A stretch of DNA of 64,000 bases from a candidate division FCPU426 bacterium (GCA_963847625.1 CAWKAR010000060.1:1-64000); one strand, 5' to 3'; positions 1-10,943 are shown, numbered from the stretch's first letter. Program-made: numbers and translations. Notes: generated by a model from the letters alone, not told the origin.

Positions 1-14
1 GTCTGGAGGATTTC

Positions 15-245
15 ATGAGAGGGATATGCGCGTCGGCCGTGCTTGTTTTTTTATTTGCCGCCTCCTCGGTTTTCTGCTGGGACCCGTCGACAAAAATTGC
101 CGTCCTTGGAATCGATTCAAGGGTCAAGGGTGAAGATATCGACCCTGCCAGTTTATCGGAGCTGATTGAGATGCAATCCTTCCAATACAACCGCCCAATA
201 TTATTACCGGCGCGTCCAAGCGCTTTTATCCAAGAATGGAAATAG
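15..245 (+). pseudogene. Short ORF with a signal peptide; probably a truncated exported protein (CsgG/TolB-N-like start)
   Basis: GGAGGA RBS at 5-10. Hydrophobic N-terminus, then KIAVLGID...ASLSELIE, then loss of protein-like character and a stop at 76 aa. Confidence 0.35.
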
Positions 246-367
246 ATAGGAACATAAAAATGTTCCACTTTATACCCGTTTCTTTTGAGAGATGAAATGG
301 GGTAGTTTTGATCGATCAATGCATATGTAGGATCAGAATTATTAAAATGCGCTCTTGGAGATTTAAG

Positions 368-2173
368 TTGGAGAAAGATAGGAAAATACAAATTAAAAGT
401 TTAAAAAATAACGCGGCATCATTTCCAGAAGGGCCTGGTGTTTATCTTTTCAAGAACGCCTACGGGGTCGTTTTGTACGTCGGGAAAGCCGTTTCTTTAA
501 GAAAAAGGGTGGCTTCTTATTTTAACGGCAAGGGGCAGCAAAGCCCCAAGGTCCGTTCGATGATGACACAGGTAGTGGATGCTGAATTCGTTCTGACCGT
601 GGGCGAGAACCAAGCTCTCCTTTTGGAAAGCAATTTGATCAAAAAAAACCGGCCCCGATATAACGTGTTGCTGCGGGACGATAAAAGTTACCCTTACCTA
701 AAATTAACCGTTCAAGAGGATTTCCCTAGGATTCTCGTGTCCCGGAAACCCTTGGAAGACGGATCCAGGTATTACGGGCCCTATCCCAACTTGAAAATCC
801 GGGAAACACTCAAGGTGATTTACCGGTTTTTCAACCTGCGTGACTGCGATATCGAAATCGACGGCAGGGCCGAACGCGCCTGTATGAACTATCAGATTAA
901 ACAGTGTCCGGGCCCCTGCATAGGGGCGATTCAAAAGGGTGAATACCGGAAATTGGTTAAAAAAGTTCAATGGTTCTTGGAGGGGCGTCACGAGGAACTG
1001 GTCGATTTTGTCCAAACCGAAATGAATATGGCTTCCAACCGCAGAGAATACGAGGAGGCAGCAAAGTACAGGGATCTTCTAACCACCCTCCGCCAGATGG
1101 AAAGCGGATACACGGTCATTTCCAGGGAAAAACAGGACGTGGACGTGATCGCCCTGGCCCAGGGCATGGGAAAGGTTTTCACTTCCTTGCTGCGGGTCCG
1201 GCAAGGCAAGGTCATCGACCATGTAAAGTTCGTCCTGGAAAACGAACTGGAACGTCCGCTCGATGAAGTCCTTCAAGTATTCATACGGCAGTATTACGTT
1301 CCGGGTATTTTTATACCGGATGAAATACTTGTTTCGGTTGAATTGAATGACTCGCCCCAGTTGGAAAACTATCTTTCGAGTGAAAAAGGTAGTGACACTC
1401 ACCTGATGTTGACAAAGGACGGTTGGCGTCGAAATCTCATGGACATTTCGGAAAAAAACGTTTTAGAGTCGTTAAAGGGCGATATACAGCGTATCGAGGT
1501 ATTAAAAGAACTTCAAAAAGTGCTAGGCTTAAAAACGATTCCCCGGAATATCGCTTGTTTCGATATCTCCACATTACAAGGGTCCTTCACGGTAGGATCG
1601 GCTGCTTTTTTCCGGGATGGAGTTCCGGAAAAAAACCGTTACCGGAAATTCAAGATCCGCGAGTTAGAGGGCCAGGATGATTATAAGGCGCACCAGGAAA
1701 TGTTGCGACGCTACCTTCATCTTCTCGAAAGGGAGGGAAATCCACTACCTGATCTCTTCCTAATCGATGGGGGAAAAGGCCAATTAAGGGCGGCGGAGGC
1801 GGTTCTTCAAGAAAGATTATCAGGGAATTTCGATTTGGCGTCTCTAGCGAAGCGGGAGGAGGAAGTCTTTGTCCCGAAGAAAAGTTCTCCTGTCGATTTT
1901 CGTGGACATCTCAAGGCGAGGTATTTACTCCAAAGAATAAGGGATGAATCGCACCGTTTCGCAGTCGGATATCATCGGATTCTGAGGGACCAACAAACAA
2001 TCACTTCAGTTCTCAAAAACATAAAAGGTGTTGGCCCCATTCGGCTTCGGGCCCTGTTCGACCGGTTTGAATCCATAAAAGAGATGAAAAACGCGTCCCT
2101 GAAGGAATTGAATAAAGTGCCTGGAATTTCATCGGATTTAGCAGGTAAACTTTACAAAGCTTTTCATATGTAA
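368..2173 (+). CDS. uvrC: Excinuclease ABC subunit C
   Basis: GIY-YIG (PGVYLFK..VLYVGKAVSLRKRVASYF), Cys cluster, FDIS, LIDGGKGQL, RIRDESHRFA and C-terminal HhH. Probable TTG start at 368 after GGAG; the ORF is open from 308. Confidence 0.97.
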   Translation: MEKDRKIQIKSLKNNAASFPEGPGVYLFKNAYGVVLYVGKAVSLRKRVASYFNGKGQQSPKVRSMMTQVVDAEFVLTVGENQALLLESNLIKKNRPRYNVLLRDDKSYPYLKLTVQEDFPRILVSRKPLEDGSRYYGPYPNLKIRETLKVIYRFFNLRDCDIEIDGRAERACMNYQIKQCPGPCIGAIQKGEYRKLVKKVQWFLEGRHEELVDFVQTEMNMASNRREYEEAAKYRDLLTTLRQMESGYTVISREKQDVDVIALAQGMGKVFTSLLRVRQGKVIDHVKFVLENELERPLDEVLQVFIRQYYVPGIFIPDEILVSVELNDSPQLENYLSSEKGSDTHLMLTKDGWRRNLMDISEKNVLESLKGDIQRIEVLKELQKVLGLKTIPRNIACFDISTLQGSFTVGSAAFFRDGVPEKNRYRKFKIRELEGQDDYKAHQEMLRRYLHLLEREGNPLPDLFLIDGGKGQLRAAEAVLQERLSGNFDLASLAKREEEVFVPKKSSPVDFRGHLKARYLLQRIRDESHRFAVGYHRILRDQQTITSVLKNIKGVGPIRLRALFDRFESIKEMKNASLKELNKVPGISSDLAGKLYKAFHM

Positions 2174-2519
2174 ATTAATATTCGTACGACATATCGATTT
2201 TCTTTTCAGTCTTATGGGAAAAGACACATATCAACCTTATATTCATTTAGTAAAAAACTATTCCAGCACCATGGAATCTGCCTACAAAAATCCGTGCATT
2301 TTTCTCTTCGGCATAAAAAGTGGTTTTTCCGTAAGCTCAGATGAAAGACAAATGAATTTTTGGATTTTATATTGGTTTTAAAATAAATCGTGCTTTTAAA
2401 TGGGAAAAAGCCCTAATCAGCGGAAAAAGCCCAAAAAATCACAAAACATTTTTTTAAAATGTTATTATTTAACCACCGCGTCAGTAAAATGACATATTTT
2501 TATTTTTGCCTTCGAATTC

Positions 2520-4427
2520 ATGAATCCACAAACCAGAGCCACCGGAATGAAAAAAAAAGCACCCTTTCTAAGGGAAAACATCTTGGCCGAGCTGATCAGC
2601 CGTTCGCTTTTTGTCGGCATCATCATTCTATTTGTTTATGGGGGTTTTGCTTATTACGTTTCTAAAAAAACATTTGACGCCGCCATGGGAGACCGTCTTT
2701 TGGCCATTGCCCGTTTAACAGCCGGCCAGACCCAACCCGAATGGCTTCCTTACTTGGAAGGGAAAGGCGAGCTTTATGAAAAATACCGCTCATTTCTTTT
2801 GCAAAAAAAATCCGAGAGTCAGGCTAAAAATATATTCCTTATGGATTCCGCTGGACGGGTTCTGGTGGACGCTAACGGGCTATATAACTTTAAGGAAACC
2901 AATTGGCTGAGGGATTTGGACTCCGCCCCTTTCCAAGCAGCACTTCAAGGTATTTCGGGCACATCCATCCTTTTCCGGGAAAGTGATGGTGGAATTTACA
3001 AAATTGGCTATGCCCCAATTTATGATAAGAATAAAAAAATAACAGCTTTGCTCGGGGTTGAAGCAAGCGCCACCTTCATTGAAGGCCTTAACCAATTCGC
3101 GGAAATATTGTTTTATTTCGGATTGATATGTCTTTTACTGATGGGTGGATTGGTTTACGCGTTCGGAAGGAAATTCATTTCTCCGATAAAGGAAATGGCG
3201 GGTGCATCCCTAAAAATTGCGGAGGGAGACTTCAGCCCACGTGTAAAGGTTACTTCTTCCAACGAACTCGGGGCTCTTGCACATGCTTTTAATGAAATGG
3301 CTAAAGGACTTCAAAGCCATAATGAATACATTTTAGAAAGCATGTCAAACGGACTTTTGGTCGTGGATTTAGAGGGCAACATCATCACCTATAACCGGGC
3401 TGCTTCCCACATCCTCGGCAAAGCCCAAAAAGAAGTGTTGGGTTTTCCTTATGAAAAAGTTTTTTCGGACCAACCCGTATTTCAAGACGCAATCCGTGTC
3501 GCCCACCGGGAACATCGCCACCACGTGGATCATGAAATCATCCTTTCGGATGAATCACCTAAAATTCTACGGCTTCGAAGCGCGCCATTGTTGGGTTCCG
3601 ATGGCCAGGAGTTGGGTACTGAGGTCTTGTTCACAGACGAAACACAACTTTGGAAATTACGGACCGAAATTAAGAACTCCGAAAAAATGGCGACGATCGG
3701 CGAACTGGCGGCTGGAATCGCCCATGAAATCCGCAATCCGCTCGGGGCGATGAAAGGTTTCGCGGAAATCCTCCAACGAAAGCTGGAGCATCAACCTGAT
3801 GCACGGGAAATGGTTGCGGATATTGCCTCGGAGATCGAAATCCTTAATAAAATCGTGACCAATTTCCTGACATTCGCCAAGCCTATGAACTTGGAGATTC
3901 AGGAGGCCGATTTGGGGGAAGTCGTGCGAAGTGTTCTCCCGATCATTCGAAAAGAGGGCCAGCAGAAAAAGGTGGATATTTCATTTAACCCTTCTGGAGA
4001 AATACCGGTCCGGGTGGATGTGGAACAGTTTCGGAGGGCTATATTGAACCTTGCGCTTAATGCGGTCCAAGCCTCTTTCCGCAGCGGAAAAGTTGCTATC
4101 TCAACGATGAAATTTATCCTCCCGGAACTGTTGAATTATTTGGAAAAAAGAGGACTTCGGGAAATGGTTCCGAAAACCGCCGAGGGCGTCTGGTGCTGTG
4201 TTTGCGTTGAGGATAACGGACCCGGAATCGCGAGCGAGCATCTTCGGAAATTATTCACCCCTTTTTTCACCACTAAATCGGAAGGGTTCGGTTTGGGACT
4301 TTCTATAACCCGTAAAATCATCGAGCCCATGGGTGGAACCGTTGCGGGAAACAACAAATTGGAAGGCGGCGCGTTATTTCTGATTCTTTTGCCGGTGTTT
4401 GAAAAAATGAAGGAGGTTATGTCATGA
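2520..4427 (+). CDS. Membrane sensor histidine kinase (HAMP-PAS-HisKA-HATPase, NtrB/AtoS-like)
   Basis: Two TM segments, HAMP (SSNELGALAHAFNEM), PAS, H-box AHEIRNPL, N-box NLALNA, G-boxes DNGPGI and GFGLGL. Confidence 0.95.
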   Translation: MNPQTRATGMKKKAPFLRENILAELISRSLFVGIIILFVYGGFAYYVSKKTFDAAMGDRLLAIARLTAGQTQPEWLPYLEGKGELYEKYRSFLLQKKSESQAKNIFLMDSAGRVLVDANGLYNFKETNWLRDLDSAPFQAALQGISGTSILFRESDGGIYKIGYAPIYDKNKKITALLGVEASATFIEGLNQFAEILFYFGLICLLLMGGLVYAFGRKFISPIKEMAGASLKIAEGDFSPRVKVTSSNELGALAHAFNEMAKGLQSHNEYILESMSNGLLVVDLEGNIITYNRAASHILGKAQKEVLGFPYEKVFSDQPVFQDAIRVAHREHRHHVDHEIILSDESPKILRLRSAPLLGSDGQELGTEVLFTDETQLWKLRTEIKNSEKMATIGELAAGIAHEIRNPLGAMKGFAEILQRKLEHQPDAREMVADIASEIEILNKIVTNFLTFAKPMNLEIQEADLGEVVRSVLPIIRKEGQQKKVDISFNPSGEIPVRVDVEQFRRAILNLALNAVQASFRSGKVAISTMKFILPELLNYLEKRGLREMVPKTAEGVWCCVCVEDNGPGIASEHLRKLFTPFFTTKSEGFGLGLSITRKIIEPMGGTVAGNNKLEGGALFLILLPVFEKMKEVMS

Positions 4428-5818
4428 GTACCCTTTTATTGGTGGATGATAAATCCAGCATGAGGAAAGTCTTACGCCAGACACTGGAAACGGAACAAAC
4501 CATGATCCTTGAAGCGGAAGACGGCGAAAAAGCGGTTGAAATCATCAAGTCCAAGCATGTGGACCTGGTAATCACGGATATCAAGATGCCCCGTATGGAT
4601 GGAATGACGCTTCTGAAAATGATCAAGGAAACGGACGCCGAAATAGTCGTGATCATTATGACCGCATACGGAACCATTGAAACAGCAGTTGAGGCCATGA
4701 AATTAGGAGCCTATGACTACATCACGAAACCGTTCTCGACGGAACAAGTCAAACTGACGGTTGATAAAGCCATCGAGAGGCAGAAACTTCTTTATGAGAA
4801 CAAGTATCTTCGTGAAAAATTGAATGACCAATACAATTACAAACGCATCGTTGGCAACAGCCCTAATATGAAACCAGTTTATGAGCTGATCGACAAGGTT
4901 GCCCCGACGGATACCGCCGTGCTGATCCGGGGGGAATCGGGCACCGGAAAGGAATTAGTGGCCCATGCGATTCATTTCAACAGCCGTCGAAAGGACGGGC
5001 CGTTCATCAAAGTCAACTGCGCCGTTTTGGCGGAAGGGGTGTTGGAAAGTGAACTGTTTGGACACGAAAAGGGGTCTTTCACCGGAGCGGCGGGGAAGCG
5101 AATCGGCAGGTTCGAGCTGGCCAATGGCGGTTCCATTTTTCTCGATGAAATAGGGGACATCAGCCTTTCCACCCAAGTCAAACTGCTAAGGGTGCTCCAA
5201 GAAAAGGAATTTGAACGGGTAGGCGGCATGGAGAGCATCCGGACGGATGTCCGGGTCATTACGGCCACCAACAAAAATTTGGAGGAGGGTATCAAAAAAG
5301 GGCAATTCAGGGAGGATTTGTTCTTCCGTTTGAACGTCGTTCCGATATATGTTCCTCCATTGCGGGAACGCAAGGAAGATATCGAGAGATTGAGCTACCA
5401 TTTCTTGAGCCGATACAGCCTCGAAGCGAATAAAAAAATTTCCAAATTGGATAAACGGGCGCTTGAAATGATGACGCGTTATAACTGGCCCGGAAATGTT
5501 CGTGAGCTGGAAAACACAATACAACGGGCGGTCGTTTTATCGGATTCGGACACTATTTATCCCTCAAACCTTCCGTTAGATGTACAAACATATCAAAAAG
5601 ACGAGTACTTGCATTATTTAAATGAAAATGCAAGCTTGACTGAAAAGGTCGAGAATTATGAGAAAGAACTCATCTTGAGAGCCATGGAAAAAACAAACCA
5701 TGTCCAAACGAAAGCGGCAAAATTGTTGAACATCAACCGAACCGCTTTGATTTACAAATTAAAAAAATATGGTTTATTCTCGGATTCGTCGGTCGAGGGC
5801 GAGGATACGGCTGAATGA
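4424..5818 (+). CDS. Sigma-54-dependent response regulator (NtrC family)
   Basis: REC domain (LVDD, TDIKMP), Walker A GESGTGKE, ESELFGHEKGSFTGA, WPGNVRELEN and a Fis-type HTH. ATGA overlap with the kinase. Confidence 0.97.
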   Translation: MSTLLLVDDKSSMRKVLRQTLETEQTMILEAEDGEKAVEIIKSKHVDLVITDIKMPRMDGMTLLKMIKETDAEIVVIIMTAYGTIETAVEAMKLGAYDYITKPFSTEQVKLTVDKAIERQKLLYENKYLREKLNDQYNYKRIVGNSPNMKPVYELIDKVAPTDTAVLIRGESGTGKELVAHAIHFNSRRKDGPFIKVNCAVLAEGVLESELFGHEKGSFTGAAGKRIGRFELANGGSIFLDEIGDISLSTQVKLLRVLQEKEFERVGGMESIRTDVRVITATNKNLEEGIKKGQFREDLFFRLNVVPIYVPPLRERKEDIERLSYHFLSRYSLEANKKISKLDKRALEMMTRYNWPGNVRELENTIQRAVVLSDSDTIYPSNLPLDVQTYQKDEYLHYLNENASLTEKVENYEKELILRAMEKTNHVQTKAAKLLNINRTALIYKLKKYGLFSDSSVEGEDTAE

Positions 5819-6789
5819 CTAAAAGATTTGTTATATTTATTCTTTTCCTCTTCCTTTGGGGTACGGCTTCCTCTCATGCTGGATCCCAGGCCCCCCCCGC
5901 CCGCACGGAATCAGGCTTTGATTTCACCGAATCACATTGGAAAAAAGTATTTTCCGAATTCGAGGATTCTGTTTATAGCCTTGCCCAGGAATTAGAAAAA
6001 CTTCAAACCCAAAAAAAAGAACTGCAAACAGACATTACCGTGTTGGAATCCAAAATAACGGATTTGCGAAACGCTGAAAAAAAAGGATCGAATGTTTTTG
6101 AGGAAATCAGGTTAAAAGGGTTGCTGAACGATCTGAAACAAAAGCTGGAGGAAAATTCAGAGTTGGAACGCCAATGGGGGGTCGAACAAAAATCATTTGA
6201 ACAAAAGGCCTTATCGCTGCAGGAACTTTATAACGAACGAATTGAAGCCGATTTGAACAGCACACCGCCTAACGCTTCAGCGGACATTCTCGATTCTCGG
6301 CTGAGCGACTTGGCCGCTATCGCGCAGAAATGGAACCGGGCCGACGCTCTTTTAAGGAAATATCAAAGGCCCGAAGACGAACAAAAAATACCACCCCTTT
6401 CCTTTTTGAAAAACTTTAACTCCCACGATTGGGAAAATCTCCAATCGGTATTGGACCTGCTTTTGGACCGGAAAAAATCATTGGACATAAAAATGGAAAA
6501 ATGGTCACAGGAAGAAGATGAACTCGTCAATGAATTAAAATTACAAGGAAAGATGCAGGAATTTTTGGATGATATACAACGGTCCAATGAAGATTCGGGT
6601 TTGCCCCATGGAAATTTAAAAAGAAATGATTTGGAAGGGATGCTGGGAAAAACAAAGAGGGCCGGTTTGGAAGAACGCCTCAACGATGTTCGTAAAAACG
6701 AGGCGCAAAGCCGGACCATGTTGACCCAAATCGGAAAAATTATTGATAAGATCCATGGCCAAATGAACCTCTTAAAGAAGGGGAAATAA
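5815..6789 (+). CDS. Hypothetical exported coiled-coil protein
   Basis: Signal peptide (ASSHA) and heptad-rich helical sequence. ATGA overlap with the regulator. Confidence 0.8.
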   Translation: MTKRFVIFILFLFLWGTASSHAGSQAPPARTESGFDFTESHWKKVFSEFEDSVYSLAQELEKLQTQKKELQTDITVLESKITDLRNAEKKGSNVFEEIRLKGLLNDLKQKLEENSELERQWGVEQKSFEQKALSLQELYNERIEADLNSTPPNASADILDSRLSDLAAIAQKWNRADALLRKYQRPEDEQKIPPLSFLKNFNSHDWENLQSVLDLLLDRKKSLDIKMEKWSQEEDELVNELKLQGKMQEFLDDIQRSNEDSGLPHGNLKRNDLEGMLGKTKRAGLEERLNDVRKNEAQSRTMLTQIGKIIDKIHGQMNLLKKGK

Positions 6790-6790
6790 A

Positions 6791-7873
6791 ATGAAAGCGA
6801 AACGAATATCGTTTTTCATCTTTTGTTTAATACCCGTCTTCAGCTTATGGGGAGTGGGAAGGACGAATGATAATACCCTAAATTTAAGTGGGAAGGTTCT
6901 TCCTGCTGTTTTCGGATTTCGCTTCGATGACAATATCGAGGGCCCTTTTGATCTTGGAACTCGTTTATCGGATGAAATTTACTCTTTGAACGTGGGGGCG
7001 CAATTGAAGGTCGGTTACAAGAGTTTAAACGGAAAAGTCGAATATCATTTGGGAGGGGATCAATACCAAAACTTTCTTTATCTAGACAACTTGAAAAACG
7101 ACGTTGTCTTATTGCTGTCAGAGAATAGCGGCGACTTCACCCTTTATGCTCTCAAAGAATATTTCTTTCGGGCAAGCTCTTATGATTATTTCAACTATGT
7201 CGATGACGATTTCACCGGCGGAGTAGAATGGAATCCGCAGGGCTACTGGAATTTCGAGTTGAAATACAAGGACTTTACCCGGAAATATTACAGTGACGCA
7301 GATTATATCCGAAACATGAATTTCGTTGATCAGGCGTTTTTTGTCAGCATTACAAGGGAAATAAATGAAAAATTATCGTTCAAAACGGGCGGTGGTTACA
7401 ACAACCGGCAATACAACCGTCTGGCATTGGATTCCTCCCTCAATCCATTGACGGACATTCAAACTGACGGAACCTGGACCGTGCTTCTAAACGCTCGAAT
7501 ATACTTCGATGAAATTCTCCACGAAATCACGCTGGAGCACGATCAGACTCATTCCAATTGTTCCGGTTTTTCGTATGCCGTTGACAGTATTTCCTGGGCG
7601 GCGGTTGTACGGCCGGTTTCAACCCTCTATCTGGAATTGTTCTTCCGCCTATATAGCAAATCCTATGATGAGAAACCGTTATCCGACCTGCCGGATTATA
7701 AGATTGTTGTGGATGAGGACAGCCAAGATTTGCTATCCGTGAAAACGAGTTGGGAATGGAACCCGGGGTGGTCCACCAGCATTAGTTTGAACCGGGAAAG
7801 ATCAGAAACTATATTTGCCGATCAATATTACATCAAGAATGTCGCTGCAATTCAAATCAAAAGATCTTTTTAA
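6791..7873 (+). CDS. Hypothetical outer-membrane beta-barrel-like protein
   Basis: Signal peptide, alternating aromatic/hydrophobic strands and a C-terminal Phe (IQIKRSF). Confidence 0.7.
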   Translation: MKAKRISFFIFCLIPVFSLWGVGRTNDNTLNLSGKVLPAVFGFRFDDNIEGPFDLGTRLSDEIYSLNVGAQLKVGYKSLNGKVEYHLGGDQYQNFLYLDNLKNDVVLLLSENSGDFTLYALKEYFFRASSYDYFNYVDDDFTGGVEWNPQGYWNFELKYKDFTRKYYSDADYIRNMNFVDQAFFVSITREINEKLSFKTGGGYNNRQYNRLALDSSLNPLTDIQTDGTWTVLLNARIYFDEILHEITLEHDQTHSNCSGFSYAVDSISWAAVVRPVSTLYLELFFRLYSKSYDEKPLSDLPDYKIVVDEDSQDLLSVKTSWEWNPGWSTSISLNRERSETIFADQYYIKNVAAIQIKRSF

Positions 7874-7939
7874 TCGGAAAAACGGTGAAAATCATGAAAG
7901 GCCCATCTTCAACCTTTCTGTAGAGTGCCGAAGGGTTGA

Positions 7940-7969
7940 TTGACAGGCTAACAAATCGACGAATATGAT
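7940..7969 (+). promoter_or_regulatory. Sigma-70-type promoter
   Basis: TTGACA-N18-TATGAT. Confidence 0.55.
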
Positions 7970-8000
7970 GTTTTGCTTCAAATGAGAAGAGGTGCACGTT

Positions 8001-8924
8001 TTGAAAAAGCCGGATGATGACTTGAAAATCGACATATCAGAGATTTTCGGAGGAGACATCTCCGAAATATCTTCTGAAAACGGTGAACGAAGTGTGATGG
8101 AAACCCCGAGTCAAGCAGATTCCACCGAGTTAACTGGGGAAATGAGCGCGCAATACAAGGAATGGTTCGCGGCGCGTGAGAAGGAACTGGAAAACAAGGC
8201 AAAAGACTTAGAAAAACGCCTCCAAGAACTTCAAAATCAAATTTCGCGCGCAACTAGTGAAAACAAAACATCGGAAGCTGCATCGCTAACGCTTCCTAGC
8301 GAAATTGGTGCTACTTCAGGATCGGATCAAAGCCCAGTGGATTTTAACGCTCCCATCCGCCCTCCTTTTTTCGGTTCGATTAAATCCCCCGCTCTAAAAC
8401 CCGATTCGAATACAGAACATCCAACTGATCGGCCTAAATCCAAACCGGGCACAACAACATCCCTGGATTTAGATGGATTGCAATCTGATATGAAACTTCT
8501 CATGTTCTATGATGAATTCCGGGCCATTATCGCCCATGAAATATCAGATTTAGTTGGCGAACGTAAAACCACCACCATGTTGGAGCGAACCTTCGAAATC
8601 GCGAGAGGTAAATACCCTGCGATATTTAAAAACGCCAATTGGGATTCCTCAGGAAACCTGCTCAACGACGGTTCGTTGAACAGCCAAAAAATCGTTGAAA
8701 ACAAATCCTTATTATGGGCGGATGAAGCTGGACTTCTGCTGGACTCAGCCCTCGCCACCTTGTTAAATTTGCGTCTTCAATCTATCGAAAAAGGATTAGG
8801 AATAGGGTTGAAAAATAAAGTGCGGGCTCATTTATTTCATTGGTTAAATGAAAAAATAGAGAATGAAAAAAAATTAGGCAATGACATTTCGATGTTAAAA
8901 AGATTGTCGGGTTATATCCCTTAG
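8001..8924 (+). CDS. Hypothetical protein (acidic N-terminus, coiled coil, Pro/Ser linker, helical C-domain)
   Basis: 310-codon ORF from 7992. Likely TTG start at 8001 after GAGGTG. Confidence 0.75.
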   Translation: MKKPDDDLKIDISEIFGGDISEISSENGERSVMETPSQADSTELTGEMSAQYKEWFAAREKELENKAKDLEKRLQELQNQISRATSENKTSEAASLTLPSEIGATSGSDQSPVDFNAPIRPPFFGSIKSPALKPDSNTEHPTDRPKSKPGTTTSLDLDGLQSDMKLLMFYDEFRAIIAHEISDLVGERKTTTMLERTFEIARGKYPAIFKNANWDSSGNLLNDGSLNSQKIVENKSLLWADEAGLLLDSALATLLNLRLQSIEKGLGIGLKNKVRAHLFHWLNEKIENEKKLGNDISMLKRLSGYIP

Positions 8925-8942
8925 GACCGAGAAACCGACTCA

Positions 8943-8971
8943 TTGACAAGCCAATAAGCGGAAGATAAAAT
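8943..8971 (+). promoter_or_regulatory. Sigma-70-type promoter, possibly giving a leaderless transcript
   Basis: TTGACA-N17-TAAAAT, 7 nt before the ATG at 8979. Confidence 0.6.
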
Positions 8972-8978
8972 CGCCCGC

Positions 8979-9191
8979 ATGATGGATGGTCATGTGATGA
9001 CGGTTGACAGTCTATGTCTAAAACGATGGAACCTGGACGTTCTGGAAGAGATTAACCGCCACAAGTGGATTGAAAGTGAAAAAGCCGGTCACGATATCGG
9101 CGTTGAAAATGCCGCGTTCGATTGGCTTGAAAAGTATTATGAAAACTGGTGTCGAAGCAAGGATTATTTAAAACCTTACTTCCAGTCATGA
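8979..9191 (+). CDS. Small DUF4032-like protein
   Basis: EEINRHKWIESEKAGHDIGVENAAFDW resembles the DUF4032 motif. Confidence 0.75.
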   Translation: MMDGHVMTVDSLCLKRWNLDVLEEINRHKWIESEKAGHDIGVENAAFDWLEKYYENWCRSKDYLKPYFQS

Positions 9192-9223
9192 ATCCTTATA
9201 ACGCTAAAATGAAAAACCAGAGG

Positions 9224-9267
9224 AACCCCATCTAACGTTTTAGTATAGGTGGGGTTTTTTCTTTTTT
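9224..9267 (+). terminator. Putative intrinsic terminator
   Basis: AACCCCATCTA...TAGGTGGGGTT followed by T-runs. Confidence 0.5.
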
Positions 9268-9284
9268 GTTGTTTCGAGGTGAAA

Positions 9285-9983
9285 ATGAAATCCGCCATTC
9301 GCCCTATCCGTTTTACGCGATCCTATACCAAGTTCGCGGAAGGATCGGTCTTGATTTCCATGGGAGATACCCGTGTCCTTTGTACCGCCTCCGTATCGGA
9401 GGACGTCCCTGTTTTTTTAAAAGGAAAGGGAAAGGGATGGATAACGGCTGAATATTCCATGCTTCCCAGGAGCACGTCCGTGCGCACTTCCAGGGACTCG
9501 GTTAAGGGAAAAATCAACGGCCGAGCCCACGAAATACAAAGATTAATAGGTCGTTCATTGAGGGCGATTTTAAATCCTGAAATTCTTGGAGAACGCCAAA
9601 TTATCTTGGATTGCGACGTTCTCCAGGCGGACGGCGGGACAAGAACGGCTTCCATAAACGGCGCATACGTGGCTTTGTCGGATGCCCTCCAAAAGTTAAG
9701 ACGGAAAGGGATCATTTCCTTGAATCCACTGAAAGAACCCGTGGCGGCCATTAGTGTTGGGATCGTTTCCGGCAAGCCTGTTTTGGATCTTTGCTATGAG
9801 CAAGATTCCATATCGGATGTAGATTTCAACGTTGTCATGACTAGATCAGGCCGTTTTGTTGAAATTCAAGGGACTGCAGAAAAAGAACCATTTTCACGGA
9901 AACAATTGGATATCCTACTAGACTTGGCCAAAATGGGGATCCATCAGGTTATTGCCGCGCAAACAAAGGCCCTCCGCTCGTGA
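9285..9983 (+). CDS. rph: Ribonuclease PH
   Basis: [39 protein letters not shown] and EIQGTAE. Confidence 0.97.
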   Translation: MKSAIRPIRFTRSYTKFAEGSVLISMGDTRVLCTASVSEDVPVFLKGKGKGWITAEYSMLPRSTSVRTSRDSVKGKINGRAHEIQRLIGRSLRAILNPEILGERQIILDCDVLQADGGTRTASINGAYVALSDALQKLRRKGIISLNPLKEPVAAISVGIVSGKPVLDLCYEQDSISDVDFNVVMTRSGRFVEIQGTAEKEPFSRKQLDILLDLAKMGIHQVIAAQTKALRS

Positions 9984-10567
9984 AGAAAATCATCATCGCG
10001 ACACAAAACCGCGATAAATTCACAGAAATGAACGCGTTTTTGGGAGGTTTGGACTGGGAAATATTGCCCGCCTATGATTTCCCTGGTATTCCGGAAGTTA
10101 CAGAAGACGGCCAATCGCTGGAAGATAATTCTCTTAAAAAAGCAAAAACCGTTTCGGATTTTACTGGTTATCCGTCGATGGCGGATGATACAGGCCTTTT
10201 TGTGGAAGCACTGAATGGAGAACCTGGTATTTACTCCGGTCGATTTGCGGGCAAAGGTTGTTCTTACCAGGACAACGTCCGAAAACTTTTGGCTTTGATG
10301 AAAGGGATTCCCCTCCAGCAACGAGGCGCCATTTTTCGAACGATAATAACTCTTTTTTTCCCAAGGAGGGCTTATCAGCAAGCCGTAGGGGAGGTGAAAG
10401 GGATCATCACTGAGGCGGCCCGAGGCCATGGCGATTTTGGATATGATCCGATATTTCAACCATTGGGTTATGAAAAAGTTTTTTCAGAAATGACGTTGGA
10501 AGAAAAAAATAAAATCAGCCACAGGGGAAAAGCCCTTTTTACCGTGAGAAGATTATTGAGTCTTTAA
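9980..10567 (+). CDS. rdgB: Non-canonical purine NTP pyrophosphatase (RdgB/HAM1)
   Basis: ATQNRDK, ADDTGL, FGYDPIF and KNKISHR. Conserved rph-rdgB pair. Confidence 0.95.
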   Translation: MKKIIIATQNRDKFTEMNAFLGGLDWEILPAYDFPGIPEVTEDGQSLEDNSLKKAKTVSDFTGYPSMADDTGLFVEALNGEPGIYSGRFAGKGCSYQDNVRKLLALMKGIPLQQRGAIFRTIITLFFPRRAYQQAVGEVKGIITEAARGHGDFGYDPIFQPLGYEKVFSEMTLEEKNKISHRGKALFTVRRLLSL

Positions 10568-10673
10568 AACGCCAATGAACCACGCCTTTTTAAGCTTTTG
10601 TCTTTCTAGGCATGGGCTTAACATACTTTTTATTGCGGTAACCTACTAATAACTGTTGATTTATGTCTTGAGT

Positions 10674-10745
<72 letters not shown>

Positions 10746-10866
10746 CTGAAGGCATAATAAATTTCTTTGATAAAACCCCTTGCGAAAGCCATGTTTTATG
10801 ACCCGTTTGAAATGTTTCGAAAAAAGGGGCTGAACAGTTACAATTTAAAGATGTTTTATTTATTGT

Positions 10867-10943
10867 GCGCCTGTAGCTCAGGTGGATAGAGCAACTGCCT
10901 TCTAAGCAGTAGGCCGACGGTTCGAATCCGTCCAGGCGCACCA
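10867..10943 (+). tRNA. tRNA-Arg(TCT)
   Basis: Cloverleaf; ACTGC-CT-TCT-AA-GCAGT; ends in CCA. Confidence 0.95.

Noticed and set aside
5070..5090. GSFTGA in place of GAFTGA in the enhancer-binding protein
   Set aside because: This is a common functional variant.
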